Shown piece by piece: positions 46,167-55,829 of a DNA stretch of 64,000 bases. The DNA lies in NCBI GenBank assembly GCA_963708135.1, contig OY970192.1, positions 1,632,001-1,696,000 of the forward strand, given 5' to 3'. Source of the DNA: an uncultured Gemmatimonadales bacterium. Its GTDB lineage: Bacteria > Gemmatimonadota > Gemmatimonadetes > Longimicrobiales > RSA9. The notes below the pieces were generated by a model. It made no database searches. It had not been told where the DNA came from and saw only the letters and a list, made by a program, of their open reading frames with translations. Each line of letters starts with the position of its first letter. Positions within the stretch are counted from its first letter, which is position 1. Position numbers and translations under genes: made by a program.

Positions 46167-48830
46167 TCAGTCCGCCCGCAGCGCCACCAGCGGGTCGCTT
46201 CGTGCCGCGCGGCGGGCGGGCAGGTAGACTGACGCGGCGGCCAGGGCGAGCAGCGCCCCGGCGAGGGTGGCGTAAACCACCGGGTCGGTGGGGCTCACGC
46301 CGTAGAGCAGCGAGCCGAGCCAGCGTGTGGTGAGGAGCGCCGCCAGGGTCCCCGCCGCAACGCCGCCGGCCGCCAGCGTCATCCCCTCGCCGAGCACCAT
46401 GCGCACGAGGCCGCCGGGCTGCGCGCCGACGGCCAGGCGGACGCCGAACTCCCGGTGGCGCGTGGTGACGTAGAGCGACATGACGCCGTAGATGCCGACG
46501 CTCGCCAGCACCGCCGCCAGCAGCGCGAACGCCATGAGCAGCAGCTCGGTGATACGGCGGGTGTCGAGCGAGCGGCCGACCCAGTCGTCGAGGGTCCGGA
46601 CGTTGTCGAGCGGGATGCCCGGCTCGATGGCGGCGACGGTGCGGCGCACGGCGGCGATGGCGGGGGCGGCGTCGCCTTCGGTGCGCACCGCCAGCACCGG
46701 ACGGGGGCCCGGCACCTGCGCGAACGGGAAGTAGGTGTGCGGCCGCGGCGGCTCGGCGGCATCCTCGTCGCGGACGCTCCCGGCCACTCCGACGATCGTC
46801 AACCACGTGCTGTCGCCGGTGAGGCGCACGCGCTTGCCCAGCGCGCCGGCGCCCTTCCAGTAGCGCGCCGCCAGCGCCTCGTCCACGATCGTGACTCGCA
46901 GCGATCCGGCGCGGTCGCGGTCGTCGAAGTCGCGGCCGTAGCGCAGCGGAATGCGCAGCGTGCGGAAGTAACCGGGCCCGACCGCGACCTGCACGGTCTG
47001 CGTCTCCATGCCGGTGCTCGCGGGCGGCGCGTGCCCCTCCACCAGGTAGCCGTCCGTGTTCACGCTGCCGCTGAACGGCAGCGTCGCGGCGATGGCGGCG
47101 TCGCGCACGCCCCTGAGCTCCCGGACGCGGTCCACGATCTCGGAAGTGGTGGCGACGACGGCCGTGTCGCCGGCGTATTTCACGGCGGGCAGCGGCAGCG
47201 CGACGACGGTCACGCCGTCCGGCTCGAACCCGAGCCGCGTGGCGGCCAGGTTGTGGAAGCTCCGGAGCACGAGGCCCGCGGAGATGAGCAGCACCACCGC
47301 CAGCCCGAGCTGCGCCACGATCAGCGCCGCGTTGAAGCGACGCGCCGCCGTGCGCACGCCGCCCCGCTCGGCGCCCGCCAGGTGCTCCGCGACTCGCCCG
47401 CGCGCCAGACCCGCCGCGGGCGCGGCGCCGAAGGCCACGCCGGCCGCGATCGACGTGCCGAGGGTGAACGCGAGCACGCGCCAGCTCACCCGCACATCGC
47501 CAAGGCGCGGCAGAGACACGGCGGGGGAATGCGTGATCACGTGCACGAGCGCGAACGCCAGCCCCACGCCCACGGCCCCGCCCAGCAGCGCCAGGGCGAC
47601 GCTTTCCGTCAGCAGCTGCCGCAGCACCCGCCGGCCCGTGGCGCCCAGCGCGCTGCGCAGCGCCATCTCGCGCCCGCGGCTCGCTGCCCGGCTCGAGAGC
47701 AGCATCGCGATGTTCGCCACCGCGATCAGCAGGATCAGGAGCACCGCCGCCTGCAGCACCTCGAGCGGCCGCCGGACCTCGCCGGTGAGCGCCGCCCGCA
47801 GCGGCTCGACCACCGTGGTCATGCGCGTCTCGCGCGGGTCCGTGCCCCCGTGGAACAGGTCCTTCCGGCCGGCCGCCCAGTCCCACATCACCTCCCGCGA
47901 CGCACGGCGCACCCCCGACAGCGTGGCGCCGGGCGCCAACCGGCCAACCCCCGTCATGTACCACCCGAAGCGACGGCTCGGGTCGAGCCCGAGCGGCAGA
48001 TACGCCTGCGCGTCGGGACGCGGGTAGTCGAAGCCGGCCGGCATCACGCCGATCACGCGCGTGGGCTGCCCATCCAGCACGATCGTCTTCCCGAGCACCG
48101 ACGCGCGCCCGCCGAACTCCGCCTGCCACAGGCCGTAGGAGAGCACCGCCACGTGCGCGGGGTCCGGCGTGTCCTCCGAGCGCCCGAGCGTCCGCCCGAT
48201 CAGGGGACTCACGCCCAGCACCGTGAAGAAGTCGCCCGTCGCGCGTACCACGCTCAGGCGCTGCGGCCGCCCGCCCGAGACGTAGGTGGCGCCCCGCAGC
48301 GCAAACGCCGCGAACGACTGCAGGCCATGCACACGGTCGCGGTACATCACCACGTTCTCCGGCGAGAGCGCCCAGCTGTCCAGACCGATCTCCGGGTACG
48401 CCTGCCGCAGCTGCACCAGCCGCTCCGCGTGCGGATACGGCAGCGGCCGCAGCAGGATGCCGTCCACCAGGCTGAAGATCGCCGACGTCGCGCCGATCCC
48501 GAGCGCCAGCGTCACCACCGCGAGCGCCGTGAACGCTGGCGCGCGCCGCATGCCCCGTAGCGCCAGCCGGAGATCCGACCCGATCGACTTCAGCCACCCC
48601 ATCATGCGCACCTCCCGCGCGTACGACCGATCAATGGCGACGCACTCCGCGCGAATCCGCGCCGCGTCCCCGAAGCGCTCCGCCGCGACCTCCCGCGCGC
48701 GCCCCGGCTCCACCCCCTCGCTCCGCAGCCGCGCCTCCCGCATGGCCAGGTGAAACGCGATCTCCTCCTCCACGTCCCGCTCCGGCGAGCCCAGCCGGAA
48801 CAGCCGCCGCCAACCCGGAGCCCGGCTCAC
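46167..48830 (-). CDS. ADOP-family duplicated MacB/FtsX-like ABC permease
   Basis: Prefix domain DVEEEIAFHL...FGD; TLALGIGATSAIFS; two FtsX domains (REMALRSALGA, REFGVRLAVGA); DPLVALRAD. Confidence 0.92.
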   Translation of the reverse strand: MSRAPGWRRLFRLGSPERDVEEEIAFHLAMREARLRSEGVEPGRAREVAAERFGDAARIRAECVAIDRSYAREVRMMGWLKSIGSDLRLALRGMRRAPAFTALAVVTLALGIGATSAIFSLVDGILLRPLPYPHAERLVQLRQAYPEIGLDSWALSPENVVMYRDRVHGLQSFAAFALRGATYVSGGRPQRLSVVRATGDFFTVLGVSPLIGRTLGRSEDTPDPAHVAVLSYGLWQAEFGGRASVLGKTIVLDGQPTRVIGVMPAGFDYPRPDAQAYLPLGLDPSRRFGWYMTGVGRLAPGATLSGVRRASREVMWDWAAGRKDLFHGGTDPRETRMTTVVEPLRAALTGEVRRPLEVLQAAVLLILLIAVANIAMLLSSRAASRGREMALRSALGATGRRVLRQLLTESVALALLGGAVGVGLAFALVHVITHSPAVSLPRLGDVRVSWRVLAFTLGTSIAAGVAFGAAPAAGLARGRVAEHLAGAERGGVRTAARRFNAALIVAQLGLAVVLLISAGLVLRSFHNLAATRLGFEPDGVTVVALPLPAVKYAGDTAVVATTSEIVDRVRELRGVRDAAIAATLPFSGSVNTDGYLVEGHAPPASTGMETQTVQVAVGPGYFRTLRIPLRYGRDFDDRDRAGSLRVTIVDEALAARYWKGAGALGKRVRLTGDSTWLTIVGVAGSVRDEDAAEPPRPHTYFPFAQVPGPRPVLAVRTEGDAAPAIAAVRRTVAAIEPGIPLDNVRTLDDWVGRSLDTRRITELLLMAFALLAAVLASVGIYGVMSLYVTTRHREFGVRLAVGAQPGGLVRMVLGEGMTLAAGGVAAGTLAALLTTRWLGSLLYGVSPTDPVVYATLAGALLALAAASVYLPARRAARSDPLVALRAD

Positions 48831-49174
48831 GGCAGCGCCGGCGAGGTCCGGCGCAGCGCCGCCGCGATCGCTTCCGCGTGCCGGTGCCACACCGGCGCCT
48901 CCGCCCGGAAGCGCGCCTCCCCCTCCACCGTCAGCTCGTAGAACCTGGCGCGCCGATTGTTCTCCGAGACCCCCCACTCCGAGCGCAGCCACCCCCGCCG
49001 CTCCAGCCGGTGCAGCGCCGGGTAGAGCGTCCCCTCCTCCAGCAGCATCGTCTCCTCCGTCGCCCCGCCGATCCACTCGCTGATCCCGTAGCCGTGCATC
49101 GGCCCCCAGCCGAGCGCCTTCAGGATCAGCAGGTCGATGCTGCTTCGCAGCAGGTCGGAACCCGTATCGGCCAT
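48827..49174 (-). CDS. PadR family transcriptional regulator (ADOP-associated)
   Basis: LLILKAL..GPMHGYGI, EEGTLYPALHRLE, SENNRRARFYELT. Confidence 0.93.
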   Translation of the reverse strand: MADTGSDLLRSSIDLLILKALGWGPMHGYGISEWIGGATEETMLLEEGTLYPALHRLERRGWLRSEWGVSENNRRARFYELTVEGEARFRAEAPVWHRHAEAIAAALRRTSPALP

Positions 49175-49186
49175 CGCACCTCTCTC

Positions 49187-49203
49187 CCCTTGCGTGACAA
49201 GGG
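49187..49203. promoter_or_regulatory. Probable PadR autoregulatory operator
   Basis: Dyad CCCTTG-CGTGA-CAAGGG immediately upstream of the padR RBS. Confidence 0.55.
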
Positions 49204-49212
49204 AAGGTAATA

Positions 49213-49269
49213 CGGGCAACGGCGGCGGGCAACGGCGGCGGGCAACGGCGGCGGGCAACGGCGGCGGGC
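49213..49269. repeat. 13-bp tandem repeat x4
   Basis: CGGGCAACGGCGG at 49213, 49226, 49239 and 49252. Confidence 0.9.
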
Positions 49270-49460
49270 TCGAGGCGAGGGGCGGTGCCGCGAGTGCCGC
49301 ACCCTGGCGGCTGTCCCGACCAGCCATGGGCGGGCCCCGGCCGCGGCCGTATGCTCGGCGCGGGAAAGGCGGGCAACGGTGACGACGGCGGAACGGCGGC
49401 GGCACGGGAACGGGCGTGGCGGCCAGCCGCGCGACCCGGCCCTGGCCGAAGGGAGGACTC

Positions 49461-50459
49461 ATGGACGAGAGGGAGCGAGACGGCCCGACGGCGCGGATCC
49501 GCGCCGTCGCGGCCAGCCAGCGCGGGATCGTGACGCGCGGGCAGCTCATCGCGTGCGGCCTCTCTCCCGCGGCGGTGGGGCGTCGGGTGGCGGAGGGCTA
49601 CCTGCGGGCGCTGCACCGCGGCGTCTACCTGCTGGGGCCGCTCGAGCCGGCCCGGGCGAGAGAGCTGGCCGCCGTCCCCGCCGGAGGGCCCGCGGCCCTG
49701 CTGAGCCATACCTCCGCGGGTCGGCTGCGTGAGATGCTTTCCACCGCCCAGGCGTGCGGTCCGGTGCACGTCACCGTGCCGGGGAGCGGCCGCGGCCGGC
49801 GGGCGGGGATCGTGTTCCACCGGGTGAAACGGCTGAAGGAAGATGAGCGTGCGACCCTGGACGGCATCCCGGTCACATCACCCGGCCGCACGCTGCTCGA
49901 CCTCGCCCGGATGCTCGGCCCCCGGGAGCTCGAGCGGGCCGCCGCGGCGGCGGAACGGGCGGGGCTGATTCGCAGCGGCGAGCTTGCGGCTCTCCCGGAC
50001 CGCTACCACGGCCGGCCGGGGAGCGGGGTCCTCGGCTCGGTCCTCGGCGTCGCCGAGGGCCCTGCGCTGACCCGCTCCGAGGCGGAGCGGCGCTGCCTGG
50101 AGCTGCTCCGGTCGGCCGGGCTCCCGATGCCCCACGCCAACGTCCCCGTCGGGCCGTACGAGCTGGACCTCTTCTGGCCGCGGGAGGGCGTCGCCCTGGA
50201 GATCGACGGGCACGCCTACCACTCCTCCCGCTCCCGATTCGAGGGCGACCGCCGGAAGGACAGCTGGCTTCGTGCCCGCGGTATCGAGGTGATCCGGCTG
50301 AGCTGGCGGCAGATCACGCGGGATGCCATGGCGACCGCGGTGGAGGTCGGGCAGATCCTCGCGCTGGCGCGGGCCTTCCGGCCCGGTGGCCGAGAGGATT
50401 CTCGACCGAGTGCAGCGGGCGCGCCGCGAACTCGATCTTTCGATCGCCACGCGAGATGA
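49461..50459 (+). CDS. AbiEi-like N-terminal wHTH + DUF559/Vsr-like endonuclease domain protein
   Basis: QRGIVTRGQL, LHRGVY, LSHTSA, VTSPGRTLLDLA, TRSEAE, LDLFW...LEIDG.AYH...DRRKD..L..RG. Confidence 0.85.
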   Translation: MDERERDGPTARIRAVAASQRGIVTRGQLIACGLSPAAVGRRVAEGYLRALHRGVYLLGPLEPARARELAAVPAGGPAALLSHTSAGRLREMLSTAQACGPVHVTVPGSGRGRRAGIVFHRVKRLKEDERATLDGIPVTSPGRTLLDLARMLGPRELERAAAAAERAGLIRSGELAALPDRYHGRPGSGVLGSVLGVAEGPALTRSEAERRCLELLRSAGLPMPHANVPVGPYELDLFWPREGVALEIDGHAYHSSRSRFEGDRRKDSWLRARGIEVIRLSWRQITRDAMATAVEVGQILALARAFRPGGREDSRPSAAGAPRTRSFDRHAR

Positions 50460-50814
50460 ATATCGCGGCGGCGCGGCGGCTGACAGGTCGCGTACGAGAT
50501 ACATCTCGCCAGGCGAGACAAAGCTGGATCCCGCGCGGGGGAGGGCCGTACCGAACGAGATTTCGATCGCCGGCGCCGGGTCGGGAGCGGCCCACGCGGT
50601 GCTCGTGCTCGCGGGGTGAGGGCCATGCCGGGGGTGGACCGCCGCGGCGCGGCGCCGCCGCGGGGGTGGCGCCGGTCGGCCATACCGGGCGCGGCGAGGT
50701 CCGGACGCCGCGCCGATCCGGCCCGCCAACCGCCGCGGCGAGGGTCCGGCCGGCGGGCGCCGGGCCGATCGCCGCCCGGGCGCCGGGCTGCGCCGGGCGG
50801 CGGCGAACGCCCGC

Positions 50815-51250
50815 TCAGGGCTGGACGATGACGGTGCCGAGCATGCCGAGGGTCTCGTGCGGCTTGCAGAAGTAGTGGTACTCGCCGGCCGTGGCGAAGG
50901 TGTGGGTGAAGGTGCCGCCGGCGGTGACGTCGCCGGAGTCGAAGGCCTGGGCGCCGGCCGGCAGCACGGCGTCCGCGGCGTTGGCGGCTTTGGTGGCGTC
51001 GTCGGTGGCGGTGTGAACGAAGCTGGCGTCGTTGTGCCAGCGCACGGCCTGGCCGACGTGGATGGTCACGGTGGCGGGGCTGAAGTGGAGCTGCGACGTC
51101 ATCTCGACGGTGGCGGCCACATCGCCGCCGTTGTCGGTGGGGTTGGGCGCATCTCGAGGTGCAGGACAGCAGCGCGGCGGAGAGCGCGAGCATGGCCGCG
51201 GCGCCCGCGCGTCGAGCGGCGCGGACGGGGCGGTCGGTCGGAGTCTTCAT
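50815..51250 (-). pseudogene. Plastocyanin/azurin-family cupredoxin lipoprotein, single frameshift near 51155 (or sequencing error)
   Basis: Signal MKTP...LLSC in one frame; mature domain (FSPATVTI, HTAT, YFCKPHETLGM) in another. Confidence 0.75.
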
Positions 51251-51279
51251 GGGGATCCTGCCTTTCGTGTCGGGCACGT

Positions 51280-52434
51280 TCAGCGCTCGACGATTACGCC
51301 GGCGACCATGCCCGCGAGCTCGTGGGGGATGCAGAAGTAGCGGTACTCGCCGGGGACGGTGAAGGTGTGGGCGAAGCTCTGGCCGGGCTTGAGGTCCCCG
51401 GAGTTGAACGGCTCGGCGCCATCGGGCAGCGCCGCGTCCGCCTTCTTCTGGGCGAGCTTCGGGTCGAGGGTCACGGTGTGGACGAGGTCGGACTTGTTGG
51501 TCCAGCGGACGGTCTGTCCGACCTTGATGTGGACGGCGCCGGGCGAGAAGCGGAGCTTGTTGCTCATGGTGACCTCGGCGGCGGCATCGCTCGCGGCCGT
51601 CGCGGAGGCAGCGCCGCGCGCGGGTCCGCTGCCGGTGAAGCGGGAGAGCGCGAGCGGGATGGTGAACTCGAAGCCCCAGCGGTGGCGGCCGCCGAGGCCG
51701 ACCGAGGCGCCCTCGAGGGTCTCCGTATTCGTGTTGGAGACCTGGAGCGAGAGCGAATGGGGGGTGTAGGGGATCTCGAGCTGGAGCCCGAGGCCCCACG
51801 CCACGTCCTCGTCCGCGGAGCGGTCCACGAGGGTGGCGGCATCGCCGGCGAGGGCGATGAAGCGCTGCAGGCGGAGGGTGGCGCCGCCGGCCACGGCCCA
51901 GCGCGTCTCCCCGGTGCGGCGGAAGGACGAGAAGCCGCGGCCGGCGGCAAGGAGACGGAGCGGCCCGAGGGTGCGGGCGAGCGCGAGCTCGCCGTCCCAG
52001 CTGCGGGCGGGCTGGTTGTAGGCACCGGTGAGCGCCACGTCGAGCGGCGCGCCACGGTCCTGCCCGATCGGAAGCGCGCGGGCGAAGAGCTCCCACTCGT
52101 TCGGGAACCCGGTCACGAGGACGGAGTTGGTGGCGTAGTGCGCGCCCACGAGGACGTTGCCGGGCAGGCCGGCGCCGAGCAGGAACGTCGGATAGTTGAT
52201 GATCTTGCGCGCGGGGGCCGGCGTCACCTCGAAGCGGTGCAGGAAGTTGAAGTACAGGGTGGCGGGCGAGCCGACCCACGTGCCGCCCATGTCCGGCGGG
52301 CGCTCCAGCACGGACTGCGCGCGGGCGGCCAGCGGCCGCGCCGAGACGGGGATCAAGGCCAGGAGCGCGAAAAGACGGACGGCGCGGCCGATCCGGCCGC
52401 GCTGCGGAAAGCCTGCGATAGAGGACTCCGGCAT
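51280..52434 (-). CDS. Putative outer-membrane beta-barrel (DUF5777-like) fused to a C-terminal type-1 cupredoxin
   Basis: Signal ARA-QS; amphipathic beta-strands (LYFNFLHRF...HSLSLQVSN...WGFEFTIP); Ala-rich linker; HTVT...YFCIPHELAGM blue-copper site. Confidence 0.78.
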   Translation of the reverse strand: MPESSIAGFPQRGRIGRAVRLFALLALIPVSARPLAARAQSVLERPPDMGGTWVGSPATLYFNFLHRFEVTPAPARKIINYPTFLLGAGLPGNVLVGAHYATNSVLVTGFPNEWELFARALPIGQDRGAPLDVALTGAYNQPARSWDGELALARTLGPLRLLAAGRGFSSFRRTGETRWAVAGGATLRLQRFIALAGDAATLVDRSADEDVAWGLGLQLEIPYTPHSLSLQVSNTNTETLEGASVGLGGRHRWGFEFTIPLALSRFTGSGPARGAASATAASDAAAEVTMSNKLRFSPGAVHIKVGQTVRWTNKSDLVHTVTLDPKLAQKKADAALPDGAEPFNSGDLKPGQSFAHTFTVPGEYRYFCIPHELAGMVAGVIVER

Positions 52435-52585
52435 GGCTGCCTCCGTTCGGGAACCGGACATCGCTTCGGGGCTGCCAATCCGGTCACGGCGCCGATCGGT
52501 TCCTGTCCGGGCGCGGGAGGGGGCGCGGCCGGGCAGCCGCGGGAATGCGGGAACTCCGCCGACGCCTGGCCGCGTTGGCGCGCTG

Positions 52586-53569
52586 ATGCCATCGATGATC
52601 GAGGACGCACGCGCGCCGGGTTTGCCGGTCCATCGCTTCCCGTCGCTGTACGCGCTGTGGCGGAGGGCGCGTCTGAGCGCGCCGGGGCGGGCGTTTGCGC
52701 GGGCACGCGCGGGCCGCGTGACGCGGCGTCGCCTCGAGCGGCACGCGGCGCGGGCGGAGGTGGAGGCGGATCCGTCGTACGCCGGGGAGTGGCCGCATCT
52801 CGCGGCGCTGCTCGCGCGCCTCCGCCCGCGTGAGCGGTTCGTGGTGGATCTGGCGGCGGGGGACGGCGTCACGTCGTCGTGCACGCTGCCGCTCTTCCGG
52901 GACCACGGCTGGGCGGGGCTCGCGGTGGAATGCGACGCCGCCCGTTTCCGCCTCCTCGCCCACGCATACCGCCGCTTTGCGGACGTCCGCCTCTCCGACC
53001 ACCGGGTTACGCCCGCGGACGCCGCGGCTGTGCTCGCGCGTGCCGGGACGCCGCGCGAGCTCGGCGTGCTGAACCTCGACCTGGACTCCTTCGACCTCGT
53101 GGTGGCCGAAGCGCTCCTGGCGGAGTTCCGCCCGATCGTGGTGGACATGGAGGTGAACGAGAAGGTGCCGCCGCCAATCCGGTTTGCGGTACGCTACACG
53201 CCGGACTTCCGCTGGGATGAGGGGCACTGCTACGGCTGCTCGATCTGCGCGGCGGCCAATGTGCTCGGCCGCGCCGGCTATATCCTCGAGGCGCTCGTCC
53301 ACAACAACGCGTTCTTCGTGCGCGCGGACGCCGCGGCGGCCGTTCGCATCACGCCGCTCGCCCCCGCGCTCGCCTACCGGACGGGCTATCTCGAGCGTCC
53401 GGACCGGCGCCAGCTCTTCCCGTGGAACGTCGACGTCGACGAGCTTCCGGCCATGCCACCGGCCGACGGGGTGGACGCCCTGCGCCGCCGGTTCGGACGG
53501 GTGCGCGCGGATTTCGCGCTGCAGCTCGAGCCGCTCGCGCCGGGATGGGCGGAGGCGGCCGGGCGATGA
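52586..53569 (+). CDS. FkbM-like methyltransferase-fold protein
   Basis: VVDLAAGDGVTSSCT, WAGLAVE, LNLDLDSFD, FRPIVVDMEVN, YGCS, NNAFFVR. Confidence 0.65.
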   Translation: MPSMIEDARAPGLPVHRFPSLYALWRRARLSAPGRAFARARAGRVTRRRLERHAARAEVEADPSYAGEWPHLAALLARLRPRERFVVDLAAGDGVTSSCTLPLFRDHGWAGLAVECDAARFRLLAHAYRRFADVRLSDHRVTPADAAAVLARAGTPRELGVLNLDLDSFDLVVAEALLAEFRPIVVDMEVNEKVPPPIRFAVRYTPDFRWDEGHCYGCSICAAANVLGRAGYILEALVHNNAFFVRADAAAAVRITPLAPALAYRTGYLERPDRRQLFPWNVDVDELPAMPPADGVDALRRRFGRVRADFALQLEPLAPGWAEAAGR

Positions 53570-54894
53570 GCGCCGGTCTGCCCCGGGGGGCATTCGATCT
53601 GGCGCCGTCGCGCGTGCGCGCCCGGTTTGCGGTGGCCCGGCGCGCCGGCACGCCGGCGTGGCTCTGGCCCGGCGTGCCCCCTGAGGCGTGGCGGGTGGCG
53701 CTAGAGGCGATCGGGGCGGCCACCTCCCGGGTCCTGGCGGGGGTCCCGGCCAGGCTGAAGGTCCCGTCCGGCGCCGTGGGTGCGCTCTCCGTTGCCGCGT
53801 ACACGTCCGGTATGGGACCCATGCTCGGGTACTGGATCGAGGGCGGGCGGCTGGACGCGGAGCGCGTGCCGGCGGCGGTGCTGCGGCTGCACCTGCGGCA
53901 CGGCCGGGAGCGGGCGGCGCGGCTCACGGCCGAGACGGCGCGCCTGGTCTCCCGGCTGGCCGAGGCGGGCGTCCAGGCGACGGTGCTGAAGGGGATGCAC
54001 ACGGCGCACGCCTACCTCCCGGAGCCCGGCACCCGCCCGCTTTCGGACGTGGACCTCTGGATCGCGGCGGACGAGCGGCGGACAGCCGAACGTGTGCTGG
54101 TTGACGCCGGTTACCTCGCCGGGCCGGTGCAGCGGCGGCCGCACAAGCGCGAGTGGCGGCCGCGGATGGGCCCGGCGCTCCCGCGCTCGCTCCTGCTGGC
54201 CCACGCCGGCGATCCGTTCGCCGTGGACCTTCACCTCTCGCTCGACCGCAACTTCTTCGGTGTCGGCACCGTGGCGCTGGACAGGGTCGCCCAACCCATG
54301 GAACCGTGGCGGCCGGCGCTCATCCGGGCCGACGCCAGCGCCGGGATTCCGGTTGACGGCGGTGCGGAATCCGGCCGGCCCGCGGTGGCCGCCGCCGGCC
54401 GGGTGCTCGGGCAGCCCGCCCTCACCCTGCTCCTGGCCGCGCACGCCTCGGAGGGGCTGCACAACCTCACGCTGCTGCGCCTGCTCGAGCTGGCAATGGT
54501 GATCCGGCGGGACCGGGAGACGCGCCTCCTCGTGTGGGAAGAGCTGCTCGAGGCGGCGGACGAGACCGGAGCCCGCCGTTTCGCCTATCCCGCGCTACGG
54601 CTGTGCGAGGTGCTCGCGCCCGGCACGCTGCCGGCGCGGGTGCTCGCGCGCTTCGAGGCCGCGGCGCCACCGGGCCTCTTGCGGGTGGTGGCGGGGCTCA
54701 CGCCGGCCACGGCGCAGCGGCTGGATGGCCTCAGCCTGGGCACCCGCTTCATGTGGGCGGGCACCGGCGCAGAGCGGCTCCGGCGGGCGCTGCACGCGCT
54801 CTGGCCGGCGCCCGCCGGCTACTCGCTCGGGCGGCTGCGCGAGATCTACGCAGGCCGCGCCTGGCGCGTGCTCCGCCGCGCGGGCGAGCGCTGA
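53566..54894 (+). CDS. Nucleotidyltransferase family protein (NTP_transf_5-like)
   Basis: VLKG.....Y...GTRPLSDVDLW, VDLH; ATG overlaps the upstream stop. Confidence 0.8.
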   Translation: MSAGLPRGAFDLAPSRVRARFAVARRAGTPAWLWPGVPPEAWRVALEAIGAATSRVLAGVPARLKVPSGAVGALSVAAYTSGMGPMLGYWIEGGRLDAERVPAAVLRLHLRHGRERAARLTAETARLVSRLAEAGVQATVLKGMHTAHAYLPEPGTRPLSDVDLWIAADERRTAERVLVDAGYLAGPVQRRPHKREWRPRMGPALPRSLLLAHAGDPFAVDLHLSLDRNFFGVGTVALDRVAQPMEPWRPALIRADASAGIPVDGGAESGRPAVAAAGRVLGQPALTLLLAAHASEGLHNLTLLRLLELAMVIRRDRETRLLVWEELLEAADETGARRFAYPALRLCEVLAPGTLPARVLARFEAAAPPGLLRVVAGLTPATAQRLDGLSLGTRFMWAGTGAERLRRALHALWPAPAGYSLGRLREIYAGRAWRVLRRAGER

Positions 54895-54925
54895 GGCGTG
54901 ACGAGCGCAGCGCCGTGTCGTGGCC

Positions 54926-55708
54926 TCAGTTCGCCTGCAGCGCCTTCAGCTTGTCGGCCGCGTTCTTGTTCTGCGGGTTCAGTTCGAGTGAGCGCCGGTA
55001 GGCGCGGATCGCCTCGTCCTTGCGTCCGGCCGCCGCGTAGGCTTCGCCGAGACTGTCGTATACGTTCGAGGACTCGGAGTGCAGCCGTGCGTTCAGCTGG
55101 AAGAGCGCGATCGCGTTCTCCGCACTCTTTGGAAGAATCTCGTAGCCGAAGCGGTTGAGGCCGTTCTCCGGCAGCAGCAGGTTCTTGGGCGTCGCTTTCT
55201 CTTCCTTTTCGAACAGGCTCGTGGCCTCCTTGATCTGCCCGGCGCGGGCAAGTCTGAGGAACTCCTGCTGCGCCGCGACGCGCGGATTCGTCCCGGCGTG
55301 GCTGATCGTCCAGACGTAGGCGGCCACCGCCTTCTGCTGCTCACGCGTCAAGGGCATCCCGCCGCTCGGATGCATCTCGAAGCGGCGCGGGGTGACCGCC
55401 TTGAAGTCCTCCTTCCGGACGCCCCAGAAGATCGTCGAGAAGATGCCGTCGTAGTCACCCTTGCTATGCAGCCACTCGACATCGGCGAGGTTCGGAGCGT
55501 ACCGTCCGCTGCCGACGCCGCCGATCGCGTGGCAGACGACGCAGCTACCGTTATTGAAGATCTCGCTCCCCGCCAGCACGCGCTCGGGGGTCACGCTGTC
55601 GGGCACCGCGACTGGCGCGGCCGAGGTTTGTTGTGCGGCCGCATCCGGCGGGGCCACGGCCTGGCAGGCGAGCAGCAGCAAACCAGGAATCACGATCGCT
55701 GTCTTCAC
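54926..55708 (-). CDS. Cytochrome c + TPR domain exported protein
   Basis: Signal peptide; CVVCH, WLH, MHPSGG; TPR LNRFGY...NVYDSLGEAY...YRRSLELNP. Confidence 0.85.
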   Translation of the reverse strand: MKTAIVIPGLLLLACQAVAPPDAAAQQTSAAPVAVPDSVTPERVLAGSEIFNNGSCVVCHAIGGVGSGRYAPNLADVEWLHSKGDYDGIFSTIFWGVRKEDFKAVTPRRFEMHPSGGMPLTREQQKAVAAYVWTISHAGTNPRVAAQQEFLRLARAGQIKEATSLFEKEEKATPKNLLLPENGLNRFGYEILPKSAENAIALFQLNARLHSESSNVYDSLGEAYAAAGRKDEAIRAYRRSLELNPQNKNAADKLKALQAN

Positions 55709-55829
55709 GGCGCATCCTCCTCTTTAACAGTGTGGGTACATCGGATCGCGCGGTCCGGCCGTGGAACACGGCGCGTGACCGCGCGATCCGTGGAGCCGCG
55801 CGAACGACCGCTCGGGCGACTATTGAGAT

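Noticed and set aside
49461..50459. Type IV toxin-antitoxin or defence system
   Set aside because: No cognate AbiEii toxin is adjacent; solo AbiEi-DUF559 genes are common.
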